A stretch of DNA of 64,000 nucleotides from Terriglobia bacterium (GCA_963788245.1 CAWBGF010000001.1:184470-248469), one strand, 5' to 3'; shown: positions 49,398-58,675, numbered from the stretch's first letter. The notes: generated by a model not told the origin, from the letters alone. Made by a program: numbers and translations.

Positions 49398-49745
49398 ATG
49401 GACCAAGCTCAAGTCCTAAACTTGGCGTTGACGGTGATTCCGATGATGACTCTTGTCCTCGTCGGGATACTGATCAACAACGCGCGTCTAAACGATTTTA
49501 AGGATGTGCTGCGAGCGGAAATCGGCGGCGTGCGCTCAGAAATCGGCGCCGCTCGGGGCGAGACCGCTGGGCTGCGCGGCGAATTCCGCACTGAAACAAC
49601 CAGCCTCCGAGGAGAGATCTACAGCATGCGAGATGTCTTGCGCGCCGAGATGGACAAGAACCACAGCGAGATGCTGCATCGGTTCGCTGATTTGGACACG
49701 CGGATGACGCGAATCGAGAACAGTCTCGGCATGAACCGCAGCTAA
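49398..49745 (+). CDS. small N-terminally membrane-anchored repeat protein (paralog of 8548-8841)
   Basis: TM segment LVLVGILINNARLNDF, then repeated R.E.....R.E units. Confidence 0.6.
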   Translation: MDQAQVLNLALTVIPMMTLVLVGILINNARLNDFKDVLRAEIGGVRSEIGAARGETAGLRGEFRTETTSLRGEIYSMRDVLRAEMDKNHSEMLHRFADLDTRMTRIENSLGMNRS

Positions 49746-49751
49746 GGCAAC

Positions 49752-50918
49752 CTAAGAACTGAGCGCGGCGACGCCGGGTAGTTCGATGCCCGCCAGAAAT
49801 TCCAGCGTGGCGCCGCCGCCGGTGGATATGTGCGAGATTTTGTCGCCCACTCCGGCGGCCTTGATCGCCTTTTCCGAATCGCCGCCGCCCACCACGCTCA
49901 CCGCGCCCGATGCCGCTACCGCTTTCGCCAATGCCACTGTGCCCTTATCGAACGGCGGGGTTTCGAACACGCCCATGGGCCCGTTCCAGATGATGGTCTT
50001 CGCGCCGGCGATGACTTTTTCGTACTCGGCGATGGTGTGCGGTCCGATGTCCAGGGCCATCATTCCATCGGGGATTTTTTCGACCACCTGAGTCTCGACA
50101 TTCGGCTTCAATTCGGCCGCGACCACGTGGTCGACCGGCAACAGCAGCTTGCCGCCGGCGCTGGCCATCAACTTGCGCGCGAGGTCGATCTTGTCTTCCT
50201 CGACCAGCGATTTGCCGGTCCCCTCACCGCGCGCGCGCAGAAAAGTGTAGGCCATCGCGCCGCCGATCAGCAACCTGTCAACAATGCCGATCAAGTTTTG
50301 AATCACTTCGATTTTGTCCGACACTTTCGCGCCGCCCAGGATCGCGATGCAGGGCCGCGCGGGATTCCTGGTCGCCTTGGTGAGATATTCGAGCTCTTTC
50401 TGCATCAGCAATCCCGCCGCGGCCTGCTTGACGAACGCGACCATCCCCACGGTCGAGGCGTGCGCGCGATGCGCCGAGCCGAACGCGTCGTTCACGTACA
50501 CGTCGCACAGCGCGGCGAGTTTGCGCGAGAATTCCGGATCGTTTTTCTCCTCTTCCGGATGAAAACGCAAATTTTCGAGCAGCAGCACTCCACCGGCCGA
50601 TGGGAGCATGGCTTCGACCACGGAGCCGATGCAATCGGGCGCCATCGCGACCGGCCGGTGCATCAGTTCGCTCAACCGCGCCGCCACGGGGGCGAGGCTC
50701 ATCTCGGGATTCGGCTTGCCCTTGGGACGGCCGAGATGACTCGCGAGAATCACCGCGGCTCCATGATCGAGTGCGTATTGAATGGTCGGGATGGACGCTT
50801 TGATGCGCTTGTCGCTGGTGATTTCCTTGCCGCCGTTGGTGAGCGGCACGTTGAAATCGACGCGGATGAACACCCGTTTGCCGTTCAAATCGAGGTCGCG
50901 AATGGAGAGAGCAGCCAT
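49752..50918 (-). CDS. pgk: phosphoglycerate kinase
   Basis: Full-length Pgk; RVDFNVP, ASHLGRP, STGGGA motifs. Confidence 0.95.
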   Translation of the reverse strand: MAALSIRDLDLNGKRVFIRVDFNVPLTNGGKEITSDKRIKASIPTIQYALDHGAAVILASHLGRPKGKPNPEMSLAPVAARLSELMHRPVAMAPDCIGSVVEAMLPSAGGVLLLENLRFHPEEEKNDPEFSRKLAALCDVYVNDAFGSAHRAHASTVGMVAFVKQAAAGLLMQKELEYLTKATRNPARPCIAILGGAKVSDKIEVIQNLIGIVDRLLIGGAMAYTFLRARGEGTGKSLVEEDKIDLARKLMASAGGKLLLPVDHVVAAELKPNVETQVVEKIPDGMMALDIGPHTIAEYEKVIAGAKTIIWNGPMGVFETPPFDKGTVALAKAVAASGAVSVVGGGDSEKAIKAAGVGDKISHISTGGGATLEFLAGIELPGVAALSS

Positions 50919-50948
50919 TACTTCATGATCCCAAACGCGCGGCGCTTA

Positions 50949-51360
50949 TCATAAGCCCTCAATCCCAAATGCCCCTCGGTACTTTACGGGAAGCTTGACC
51001 GGTTTGTGGTCGCGATCGCAGAAGACGTGTTTGGTTTCGCCGGTGGCGAGGCGCCGGCCGCTCAGCTTCTCGACCATCTCGTAACTGAAACTCAGCATGC
51101 GCAGGTGCGCCTGGGAGATGGAGGTGCGCACGACGATCTCTTCGTCATAACGCGCCGGCGCGATGTAGCGGCAGCTCGCCTCCGCGACGGCCAGCAGGAT
51201 GCCGTCATCGCGCTCCATATCGCGATAATTCGAAGCCGGCGGCGCGGCAGAATTCCACCCGGCCGACCTCCATCCACACCAGGTAATTGGCGTAGTACAC
51301 GACGCCCATCTGGTCGGTTTCGGCGTAGCGGACGCGGAAGCTGGTTTCGACGGTCGTCAT
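50949..51360 (-). pseudogene. YbgC/4HBT-type acyl-CoA thioesterase, frame broken by one extra base near 51237-51243
   Basis: ORF 51205-51408 ends ..[14 protein letters not shown]; shifting one base gives ..AAGF(N/E)[17 protein letters not shown].., continuous with ORF 50949-51218. Confidence 0.75.
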
Positions 51361-51436
51361 TGTTTTTCGCACGACCTCTTGAGTTCGATCTGCCAGAGAA
51401 ATACCCACAGGCTAAAGCCTATGCCACCAAAACCCG

Positions 51437-52264
51437 ATGAAACCAAAGCTCAGCGAGGTCAGTCTGTTAGTATGGCAGCACGTGAGGATTCGTGTACTTT
51501 TCTTTGGCGTGCTTCGCGACGTAACGGGCGTCCGCGAAGATCAGATCGAGGTTCCCGAAGGCAGCCGGCTGGAGAATATTTTCGCGGTGTACGCAAGTAA
51601 ATTTCCGCGGTTGAACGAGATTTCGGCGAGCATCGTGCCGGCCCTGAATCAGCAGTTCGCGCCGCATTCGGCGGTGGTGAGCGATGGGGATGAAGTGGCG
51701 TTTCTTCCACCGGTCAGCGGCGGCTCTGACGGTATACGAAACCGATACACTCATCACCTCGCCGATCCGGCGACGGGGAATTTTTTTGCGCTGACCCGAC
51801 AGCCCATCGATGCGGCGGCGGTCGCGCGCCAATTACTGCGAGGAGAAGACGGGGCGTTCGTGAATTTCGAGGGCGTGACGCGCAACAACACCAAAGGCCG
51901 GCCGACGCGCTATCTCGACTACGAATGCTATGAGCCGATGGCGGTGAAGGTGATGGCGGAGATCGGCGGGGAGATCGCGCGCACGTTCGCGATCGGCCGG
52001 ATCGCCATGGTGCACCGCCTGGGGCGCGTCGAAATCGGCGAGACCAGCGTGGCGGTGGTGGTAACGGCGCCGCACCGCAAGCCGGCGTTCGAGGCGGCGC
52101 TCAAAGGGATCAATCGCCTCAAGCGGACGGTACCGATCTGGAAGAAGGAGTATTTCGCCGATGGCGAGGTGTGGGTGGACGGCGAATGGGATGAGTCGGT
52201 GGTCAACGCGAGGTCTGCCGTGAAGCATGACACGAACGGTGACGCGGAGAAATCGTCATCATGA
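51437..52264 (+). CDS. MoaD-MoaE fusion (molybdopterin synthase small plus large subunit)
   Basis: N-terminal ThiS/MoaD fold ending ..FLPPVSGG; C-terminal MoaE block VNFEGVTRNN..IAMVHRLGRVEIGETSV..APHR..IWKKE. Confidence 0.8.
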   Translation: MKPKLSEVSLLVWQHVRIRVLFFGVLRDVTGVREDQIEVPEGSRLENIFAVYASKFPRLNEISASIVPALNQQFAPHSAVVSDGDEVAFLPPVSGGSDGIRNRYTHHLADPATGNFFALTRQPIDAAAVARQLLRGEDGAFVNFEGVTRNNTKGRPTRYLDYECYEPMAVKVMAEIGGEIARTFAIGRIAMVHRLGRVEIGETSVAVVVTAPHRKPAFEAALKGINRLKRTVPIWKKEYFADGEVWVDGEWDESVVNARSAVKHDTNGDAEKSSS

Positions 52265-53190
52265 AATTCGCGCTTCGGTTGATCGGGTTCGCGGGTCTGT
52301 TCACTGCGGCGACGTTGATCGCAACGATGTTCGCGCAAACCAACCGCCCGCCGACTTTCCAAACCGACGTCAAGCTGGTGCGGCTGCTGGTCAATGTGAA
52401 GAATCCGGCCGGGGAACTGGTGGGTTCGGTCGACAAGAGCGAATTTACGGTGTTCGACAACGGCGTCGCGCAGGAAATTGCGGTGTTCGAACGCTACACC
52501 AACAAGCCTTTGTCTATCGCGCTGATGGTGGATACCAGCGGGTCCACTGCGAAGGATTGGCAGGTGGAAGTCCGGTCGATCCGAAAATTCCTGAATGCGC
52601 TTTTTCGCGAGGGCAACGACCGGGACGCCGCGGCGCTGTTCACTTTCGATTACGACGTGACCATGCGGCGCGATTTCACGCGCGATGCACAACGTCTCGA
52701 AAACAGCTTGAAGGGCATCAAGCCTGAGGGCAGCACGTCGTTGTATGACGCGATCTACCACACGTCGCAACAACTCCAGCGTCGGAGTGACGGGCGTCGC
52801 GTGATCGTGCTGGTGAGCGACGGCGGCAACACCACCAGTGTGAAAGCTTATAAGGACGCCCAGGAGGCGGCCCAGCGCGCCGATGTGGTGATGTATCCGA
52901 TCGTGATCGTGCCCATCGAAAATGATGCGGGGCGAAACACGGGAGGCGAGCACGCGCTACAAACGCTTGCCACGAATACCGGCGGCCGCTGGTTCGACCC
53001 GACGCTCGGCGAACTCGATAAGACTTTCACCGAGATCTTGCGCGACCTTCGAGCGCAATATATGCTCGCCTACTATCCGAAAAACCTGCCGGCCGACACG
53101 CCCAAGTTTCATTCCGTCCGCGTCGAGCTCCAGCGCAAGGATTTGCGGGCGCAGACGCGGGCTGGCTATTATGGAGAAGACTCCCGCTGA
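52261..53190 (+). CDS. VWA-domain protein (TIGR03436-like acidobacterial VWFA-related)
   Basis: MIDAS DTSGS..; TSLYDAI; VLVSDGGNT; 4-bp overlap with the upstream gene. Confidence 0.75.
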   Translation: MKFALRLIGFAGLFTAATLIATMFAQTNRPPTFQTDVKLVRLLVNVKNPAGELVGSVDKSEFTVFDNGVAQEIAVFERYTNKPLSIALMVDTSGSTAKDWQVEVRSIRKFLNALFREGNDRDAAALFTFDYDVTMRRDFTRDAQRLENSLKGIKPEGSTSLYDAIYHTSQQLQRRSDGRRVIVLVSDGGNTTSVKAYKDAQEAAQRADVVMYPIVIVPIENDAGRNTGGEHALQTLATNTGGRWFDPTLGELDKTFTEILRDLRAQYMLAYYPKNLPADTPKFHSVRVELQRKDLRAQTRAGYYGEDSR

Positions 53191-53238
53191 GTCGGCTCAA
53201 GACTTTGGCGATTTGCTCAAGCGGGTCTCCCCAACATC

Positions 53239-53472
53239 GTGGCCGGAAAAATTAGCAATATCAAAGCTCCCGAACAGACCTTCGAGGAAGTGCATTATCT
53301 GAAGCGCCTGATCGACGATCGCGTGCCGGTGCGCGTGCGCTTGAGCGACAACCAGGAAGTGGAAGGCACCATCGAGTTCTACGACGCCAACTTTATCCGT
53401 CTGACCAGGACGGGCGAGCCGAACTTATTTCTGTTCAAGCACGACATCAAGTACTTGTACGAAATCGAATGA
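53239..53472 (+). CDS. Sm-fold, Hfq-like RNA chaperone candidate (GTG start)
   Basis: VPVRVRLSDNQEVEGTIEFYD (Sm1-like) and FIRLTR..LFLFKHDIKYL (Sm2-like, compare Hfq YKHAI). Confidence 0.55.
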   Translation: MAGKISNIKAPEQTFEEVHYLKRLIDDRVPVRVRLSDNQEVEGTIEFYDANFIRLTRTGEPNLFLFKHDIKYLYEIE

Positions 53473-53487
53473 CACGAGACGCCGCGC

Positions 53488-54303
53488 TTGCCCTCCTTTC
53501 TTGAAACCGCCGCAGAGATAGCGCGCGAAGCGGGCGCGATCGTAACCAGTTACGGCGAGCGCAAAATCGGTTTCGATCTGAAGGGCGAATATGACCTGGT
53601 GACCGAAGCCGACCGCGCCAGCGAGCGGCTGATTGTCGAGCGTCTGCGCAGCCATTTTCCGTCACACTCGATCGTCGCCGAAGAGGGCGGGGGCAGTGAG
53701 GGCGCCTCCGAATATCGCTGGTACGTCGATCCGCTGGATGGCACCACCAATTTCGCGCACGGCTTCCCCGCCTACAACGTGACCATGGCCCTGGAGCGAT
53801 CGGGCGAACTGATCGCGGGCGTGATTTTCGACCCGCTGCGCAATGAGATGTTCACGGCCGAACATGGGTCCGGCGCATATCTGAATCATCACCGGATTCA
53901 TGTATCGAAAACGCCGCGGATCGATGCGAGCCTGGTCGCCACCGGATTTCCTTCGCGCAAGCGGCACCTGAATGTGAACGTGCATTTCTACTATCAGCTC
54001 GCCATGCTCTCGCACGGAGTGCGGCGCGCGGGGTCGGCGGCGCTGGATCTGGCCTACGTCGCCTGCGGAAGGCTCGACGCGTTCTGGGAATTCGGTTTGA
54101 ACCCGTGGGACATCGCGGCGGGAGTCCTGATGATTCGCGAGGCAGGCGGCACGTGCTCGGATATGCACGGCGGTCCACTGGCGATGCGAGGTCCGCACAT
54201 TCTGGCGGACAATACGCTGTTACATGGCCCTATGCTCGCGCTGTTCGCGGAAATCTTTGCGGGGCAGTACCGTTTCCCGCTACCGGAAATGCGGGCGTTG
54301 TAG
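53488..54303 (+). CDS. suhB: inositol monophosphatase family protein
   Basis: EADRASERLI, WYVDPLDGTTNF, and the WDIAAG motif. Confidence 0.85.
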   Translation: MPSFLETAAEIAREAGAIVTSYGERKIGFDLKGEYDLVTEADRASERLIVERLRSHFPSHSIVAEEGGGSEGASEYRWYVDPLDGTTNFAHGFPAYNVTMALERSGELIAGVIFDPLRNEMFTAEHGSGAYLNHHRIHVSKTPRIDASLVATGFPSRKRHLNVNVHFYYQLAMLSHGVRRAGSAALDLAYVACGRLDAFWEFGLNPWDIAAGVLMIREAGGTCSDMHGGPLAMRGPHILADNTLLHGPMLALFAEIFAGQYRFPLPEMRAL

Positions 54304-54325
54304 GAGCTGGGTGAAGAGTGTTCTT

Positions 54326-54390
54326 CGCAGGGCATGGCCCTGCGCCACGTGTCAATCTTTCGCAGGGCATGGCCCTGCGCCACGTCAATC
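54326..54390. repeat. tandem duplication of a unit of about 35 bp containing REP family 1
   Basis: cgcagggcatggccctgcgccacgtgtcaatcttt followed by cgcagggcatggccctgcgccacgtcaatcgat. Confidence 0.85.
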
Positions 54391-55311
54391 GATGAAGCCG
54401 AGCTTGCGCAGTTCACCCGCCGGCTCGGGCTCATCGTAGTGCGAGACCGGGCCCTGCTCCCGGCCGTTATCGAGCGCGACCCCGTAGGGTGGATCGCCAA
54501 ACGGGAAAATCTTCTTCAACTCCTCGAGATCGTTCGACGTTAGCGCCTGGAAGCCGGTGTCGTGCAGAAACGACGCGGCGAATCGCGCCATGGTGGTGGG
54601 GATGGCGATGCGCGTTACGTCGCTCTTCCAGTGATACGTGGCCATATGCTTCGCGGCGGCTTCGCAGTGGCTGCACGTCGGATCGTAAAAGAACAGAAAC
54701 ACCCGGCCGTGTTCCAGCGAATACGGCTTGCCGTCGACGGTGATGGAAGCGGGCGCCTTGGTCCCGGTCTGGTGCGTCACCGCGGAACCATAGCTGACCG
54801 CGGTGAACACGGCCACCACGCCCAGAACCACGGCCGCGGCTCGGAGATTTCCAGGCCGTCGGGTGGCCCACGCGCCGGCCAGCACGGCGGCCAGCAGCAT
54901 GGCTCCATCTTCGGGAAAAAAGGCGGGGCCGATGGCGCGCTTTACCCACGGAAAACAACTACAGTCGCGGCCGATCAGCGACGAGTAATTGATTCCGATA
55001 TACACCATAAACGCGAGCAGCAGTGCGGCGGCGAGCCAGGCTCCCCAGCGGCGGAAGCGCGGCACCAGCACCAGGACGCCCGCGAAAGTCTCAGACACGG
55101 CCAGCGCGAGCGTCAGAGCAATGCTGACCTGGTAAGGCACCAGAAGCTGCTCCAGCATTCGCGAAACCGCAAAGGGGTTGGTGATCTTCCAGACCCCCGC
55201 GGCGATGAACAGAACGGCGACGGCCAACGCCGCGATATGATTCACGACGCTCTTCCAAGGCGGCATCTCCAAGGTCTGACCGTGGAGATCCGCCATGCTA
55301 CTGGCATCCAT
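54385..55311 (-). CDS. MauE/DoxX-like membrane protein fused to a thioredoxin-like domain
   Basis: 4-5 TM N-terminal half; C-terminal FLFFYDPTCSHCEAAAKHM CxxC motif. Confidence 0.65.
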   Translation of the reverse strand: MDASSMADLHGQTLEMPPWKSVVNHIAALAVAVLFIAAGVWKITNPFAVSRMLEQLLVPYQVSIALTLALAVSETFAGVLVLVPRFRRWGAWLAAALLLAFMVYIGINYSSLIGRDCSCFPWVKRAIGPAFFPEDGAMLLAAVLAGAWATRRPGNLRAAAVVLGVVAVFTAVSYGSAVTHQTGTKAPASITVDGKPYSLEHGRVFLFFYDPTCSHCEAAAKHMATYHWKSDVTRIAIPTTMARFAASFLHDTGFQALTSNDLEELKKIFPFGDPPYGVALDNGREQGPVSHYDEPEPAGELRKLGFID

Positions 55312-55396
55312 GATGGCTATTCTAGCTTACTGGACCGCGTGATGAGGCGCTCCGTTCCCGATGCGGGCCGCGCATTCGACATAATGAGAGCTACAA

Positions 55397-57283
55397 GTGC
55401 CCGATCCGAAGCCAGTGCTCGTGTGGGACGGCCGGTGTGGATTCTGCAAGATCTGGGTCGATTACTGGAAGCAACTGACGGGCGACCGGATCGAGTACAG
55501 GACCTCGCAAGATTACCAGCAGGACTATCAGGCCGCGCGGGACGCCCCCTCGTCTCATGAAGGCGAACTGGAAGACGAATTGCCGCACATCGATCCCGCG
55601 GCGTTCGAAAAATCCGTTCAACTGGTCCGGCCCGATGGAACCGTCGCCGACGGCGCGCGAGCCGTGTTCGAATCGCTGGGGATGCTCAAGACCTACGAAT
55701 CGTCGCGCGTGTTCGCGGCGGCAGCGGAGTGGACCTACCGCTTCATCGCACGGCGTCGCGACCTCTTTTTTCAGGTAACGCGATTCACTTTCGGGCGCCG
55801 CATCGAACCCGCTCGATTCCGGGCGACGCAGTGGATTTTTCTGCGCGCGCTCGCGGTGATTTATGCGGTCGCGTTCGGGTCGCTCGCGGTGCAGGTCAGC
55901 GGACTCATCGGCGCGCGCGGAATTCTGCCGCTCAGCCCCTACCTGGACGCGGTGACCCGCGCGGTGGGCACGGAACGATGGCACATGCTGCCGATGGTCT
56001 TCTGGTTCGGCGACTGGTCCTCTGACGGGATGCTGATCGGGTTCTGCTGGCTGGGCGTGTTCTTCGCGTTCCTTTTGCTGTTCGGGCGCATGGAAAAGCT
56101 GTTGCTGGCCGTGCTGTTCATCATGTATTTGTCGTTGAGTTCGGCGGGGCAGGACTTCCTGTCGTTCCAATGGGACGCGCTGCTGCTCGAAGCCGGATTC
56201 CTGGCCATCTTTCTGGGCCGCGCGCGCATTGTCGCATGGTTGTTCCGGTGGCTCGCGTTCCGGCTCTTTTTCTTATCGGGGGCGGTGAAGATGCTGAGCG
56301 GCGACCCGACGTGGAGGAATCTGACGGCTCTCGATTTTCACTATCGCACGCAGCCGCTGCCCACCATCTTTGCCTGGTACATGGACAAGCTGCCGGCCTC
56401 GCTGGAGCGCGCATCCACATTCATTGTCCTGGCGATTGAAATCGGGATGCCGTTCCTGATTTTCATGCCTCGCAAGATCCGGCATTTCGGCGCTTGGGTG
56501 ATGATCGGGTTGCAGGTGCTGATCCTGCTCACCGGCAATTACACGTTCTTCAACATCCTGTCGATCGCGCTGTGCCTGTTTTTGTTCGACGATCAGGCGC
56601 TCGCCCGGTTCGTTCCAGAAAGACTTCTGTCCAACCGGTTTTTCTCGAAAAAATACGGCCCAGGGCGATTGACCTCCGGTTGGCGCGCCGAGCCCGCCTC
56701 ACTTTCGAGAATCGAGCGAGCCTTTGCGGCGGCGTTGGCAGCCATCATCCTGCTGCTCGGCGTCGGACGGATGATCGAGACCTTCGCCGGCGATGCGCCG
56801 GAGCCGCTGAAGACCCTGGTGCGGGTCGCTTCGCCGTTCCAGATTGTCAATACTTACGGATTGTTCGCGGTGATGACCACCACTCGACCGGAAATCATCG
56901 TCGAGGGATCCGAAGACGGCGAATCCTGGTCCACCTACCAGTTTCGCTATAAGCCCGGCGATCTCAATCGGGCGCCGCGGTGGATCGCGCCGTTTCAGCC
57001 TCGCCTGGATTGGCAGATGTGGTTCGCGGCGCTGGGGAATTTCCGCCAGCCGCAGAATCGCTGGTTCCTCAATTTCATCTCGAAATTGCTGGACGGATCG
57101 CCGGAAGTGACAGGGTTGCTCGAGCGGAATCCGTTTCCCGATCATCCGCCGCGGTATGTGCGCGCGATGGTCTACGAGTATACGTTTTCGACCGCAGCGG
57201 AACACCGTCAAAGCGGCGCATGGTGGGATCGGCAGCCGCTGGGGGCATATTTGCCGCCGGTGGGTTATAAGAATCCAAAGTAG
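55397..57283 (+). CDS. DCC-type thiol-disulfide oxidoreductase (DUF393) fused to a lipase maturation factor-like membrane domain
   Basis: VLVWDGRCGFCKIWVDYW N-terminus; long polytopic LMF1-like body ending ..PRLDWQMWFAALG.. Confidence 0.7.
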   Translation: MPDPKPVLVWDGRCGFCKIWVDYWKQLTGDRIEYRTSQDYQQDYQAARDAPSSHEGELEDELPHIDPAAFEKSVQLVRPDGTVADGARAVFESLGMLKTYESSRVFAAAAEWTYRFIARRRDLFFQVTRFTFGRRIEPARFRATQWIFLRALAVIYAVAFGSLAVQVSGLIGARGILPLSPYLDAVTRAVGTERWHMLPMVFWFGDWSSDGMLIGFCWLGVFFAFLLLFGRMEKLLLAVLFIMYLSLSSAGQDFLSFQWDALLLEAGFLAIFLGRARIVAWLFRWLAFRLFFLSGAVKMLSGDPTWRNLTALDFHYRTQPLPTIFAWYMDKLPASLERASTFIVLAIEIGMPFLIFMPRKIRHFGAWVMIGLQVLILLTGNYTFFNILSIALCLFLFDDQALARFVPERLLSNRFFSKKYGPGRLTSGWRAEPASLSRIERAFAAALAAIILLLGVGRMIETFAGDAPEPLKTLVRVASPFQIVNTYGLFAVMTTTRPEIIVEGSEDGESWSTYQFRYKPGDLNRAPRWIAPFQPRLDWQMWFAALGNFRQPQNRWFLNFISKLLDGSPEVTGLLERNPFPDHPPRYVRAMVYEYTFSTAAEHRQSGAWWDRQPLGAYLPPVGYKNPK

Positions 57284-57287
57284 TGGG

Positions 57288-57347
57288 GCAGGCGATCTTG
57301 TCGCCTGCCGACAAGACCTTGAACCCGCAGGCGACAAGATCGCCTGC
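57288..57347. repeat. REPIN-like inverted doublet of family 2 (18-nt spacer)
   Basis: gcaggcgatcttgtcgcctgc / gcaggcgacaagatcgcctgc. Confidence 0.85.
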
Positions 57348-57353
57348 GCCACT

Positions 57354-58286
57354 TTAGGGCGTGCTGCCCGCGCACTTGCCGGTGCAGACCGTTTCCGATA
57401 TTGTCCGCGCTGGGCCGAGGCGCTCCGGATCCGAGACGGTCGGCCGCCGGGCAGTTACGACTTCCGTCACACTGCCGCCGGGTCCGGGAATCCGTTCGAC
57501 GGTCTGCTGCTCTTTCAAATGCAGACCGCTTTGGTTGTCGTGCGCTCGTCCATCTTCGGAATTTACGCTATAGAGGTTTACTTCGGAGACCGACCCTCCG
57601 TTGGGCTGACTCACGGTGGTGCTCACGGTTTGCCCCATGAGCTGAAGCTGCTGGTTATCGCGCTGCTCATAGTGCGCGCTCTTCTCCACCACCTGCGGTC
57701 CGTTCCTGGTCGTGTCGCTGACGTCGCGCACGGCGGGATAGAGGCTGCCGTTTTCCGACCGCCGGTACACGGTTTCATCGGTGTGGGTTGCGTTCCCTGC
57801 TGTTTCGCTGGTTGACAATCGCTTTTCGGCGGTCTGGAACGAGCCGCTCAGATCCGGCCGCGCGATTTCGGTTTGCGTATTTACCGTCGAACCCTGCGTA
57901 TGCACCTCCACCGTTTTGCGCTCGGCCTCATGCATCTCGCCGTTCACGTCGCCGCGATAGATGGTCGAGCGCGTTACCGATCCATTCGGGAGCTTCTGCT
58001 CCTCGGTGACCGTCCGATCCGTGGACGCGAGAGTGCCGTTCTGGTCGAAACGCTTGGTGATCTTTTCAACCACGCGTCCATTGGGGCCTTCGCTGATGAC
58101 GCGCTCCTGGGTCTGTTCGGCGGGGACCTGGCGGCCGTTGATGGATCGAGTGATCTGGGTATGCTGGCCGTCGGTCGATACAATAGAGGAGCCGGCCACG
58201 CGGTTGCCGTTCACGTCGGTCGAGTAAGTGGTTGCTACGGACTGTCCAAACGCGAGCGTCGCCGCAAGAAATAGAAAGTACTTCAC
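57354..58286 (-). CDS. secreted polar repeat protein, hypothetical
   Basis: Signal peptide MKYFLFLAATLAFGQS; recurring (P/E/Q)NG(S/R/T)(V/L) motifs; C-terminal CTGKC. Confidence 0.5.
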   Translation of the reverse strand: MKYFLFLAATLAFGQSVATTYSTDVNGNRVAGSSIVSTDGQHTQITRSINGRQVPAEQTQERVISEGPNGRVVEKITKRFDQNGTLASTDRTVTEEQKLPNGSVTRSTIYRGDVNGEMHEAERKTVEVHTQGSTVNTQTEIARPDLSGSFQTAEKRLSTSETAGNATHTDETVYRRSENGSLYPAVRDVSDTTRNGPQVVEKSAHYEQRDNQQLQLMGQTVSTTVSQPNGGSVSEVNLYSVNSEDGRAHDNQSGLHLKEQQTVERIPGPGGSVTEVVTARRPTVSDPERLGPARTISETVCTGKCAGSTP

Positions 58287-58380
58287 AGTATCAGACTAGG
58301 ACGAAAGGTCCAGTGAATCAATAAGGGGAACACCTGAGATTGCGAGGGGAATGCGCATTCACTAAAGCTACACTGGTCAT

Positions 58381-58590
58381 ATGCGAGAAAAGTGTGACTT
58401 CGCGCGGCAAGCGGCGCGCCGGGAAGCCGAAGCGGCGCGGCTCGATCGTTGCTATTTCGAGCTTTCGGCGGATGCGTTCGAGCGCTTCTCCGAAATGCTC
58501 GACAACCCGCCCGCGGACAATCCGAAACTGCGGCGGCTTCTGCATACCAGAGCGCCGTGGGAAATACGCCGTCCAACGCCGATTGAATGA
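58381..58590 (+). CDS. DUF1778 (TacA-like) antitoxin remnant lacking the N-terminal RHH part
   Basis: ..LDRCYFELSADAFERFSEMLDNPPADNPKLRRLLHTRAPWE aligns with the C-terminal two thirds of TacA-type antitoxins as I recall them. Confidence 0.55.
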   Translation: MREKCDFARQAARREAEAARLDRCYFELSADAFERFSEMLDNPPADNPKLRRLLHTRAPWEIRRPTPIE

Positions 58591-58675
58591 GTTTGTCTGT
58601 CCGCGTTTATCGGCGTTCATCGACGTTAGTTCTTGGGGCCAAAGTTTCCCCGCGCCCACAGTACAATAAGACCAG

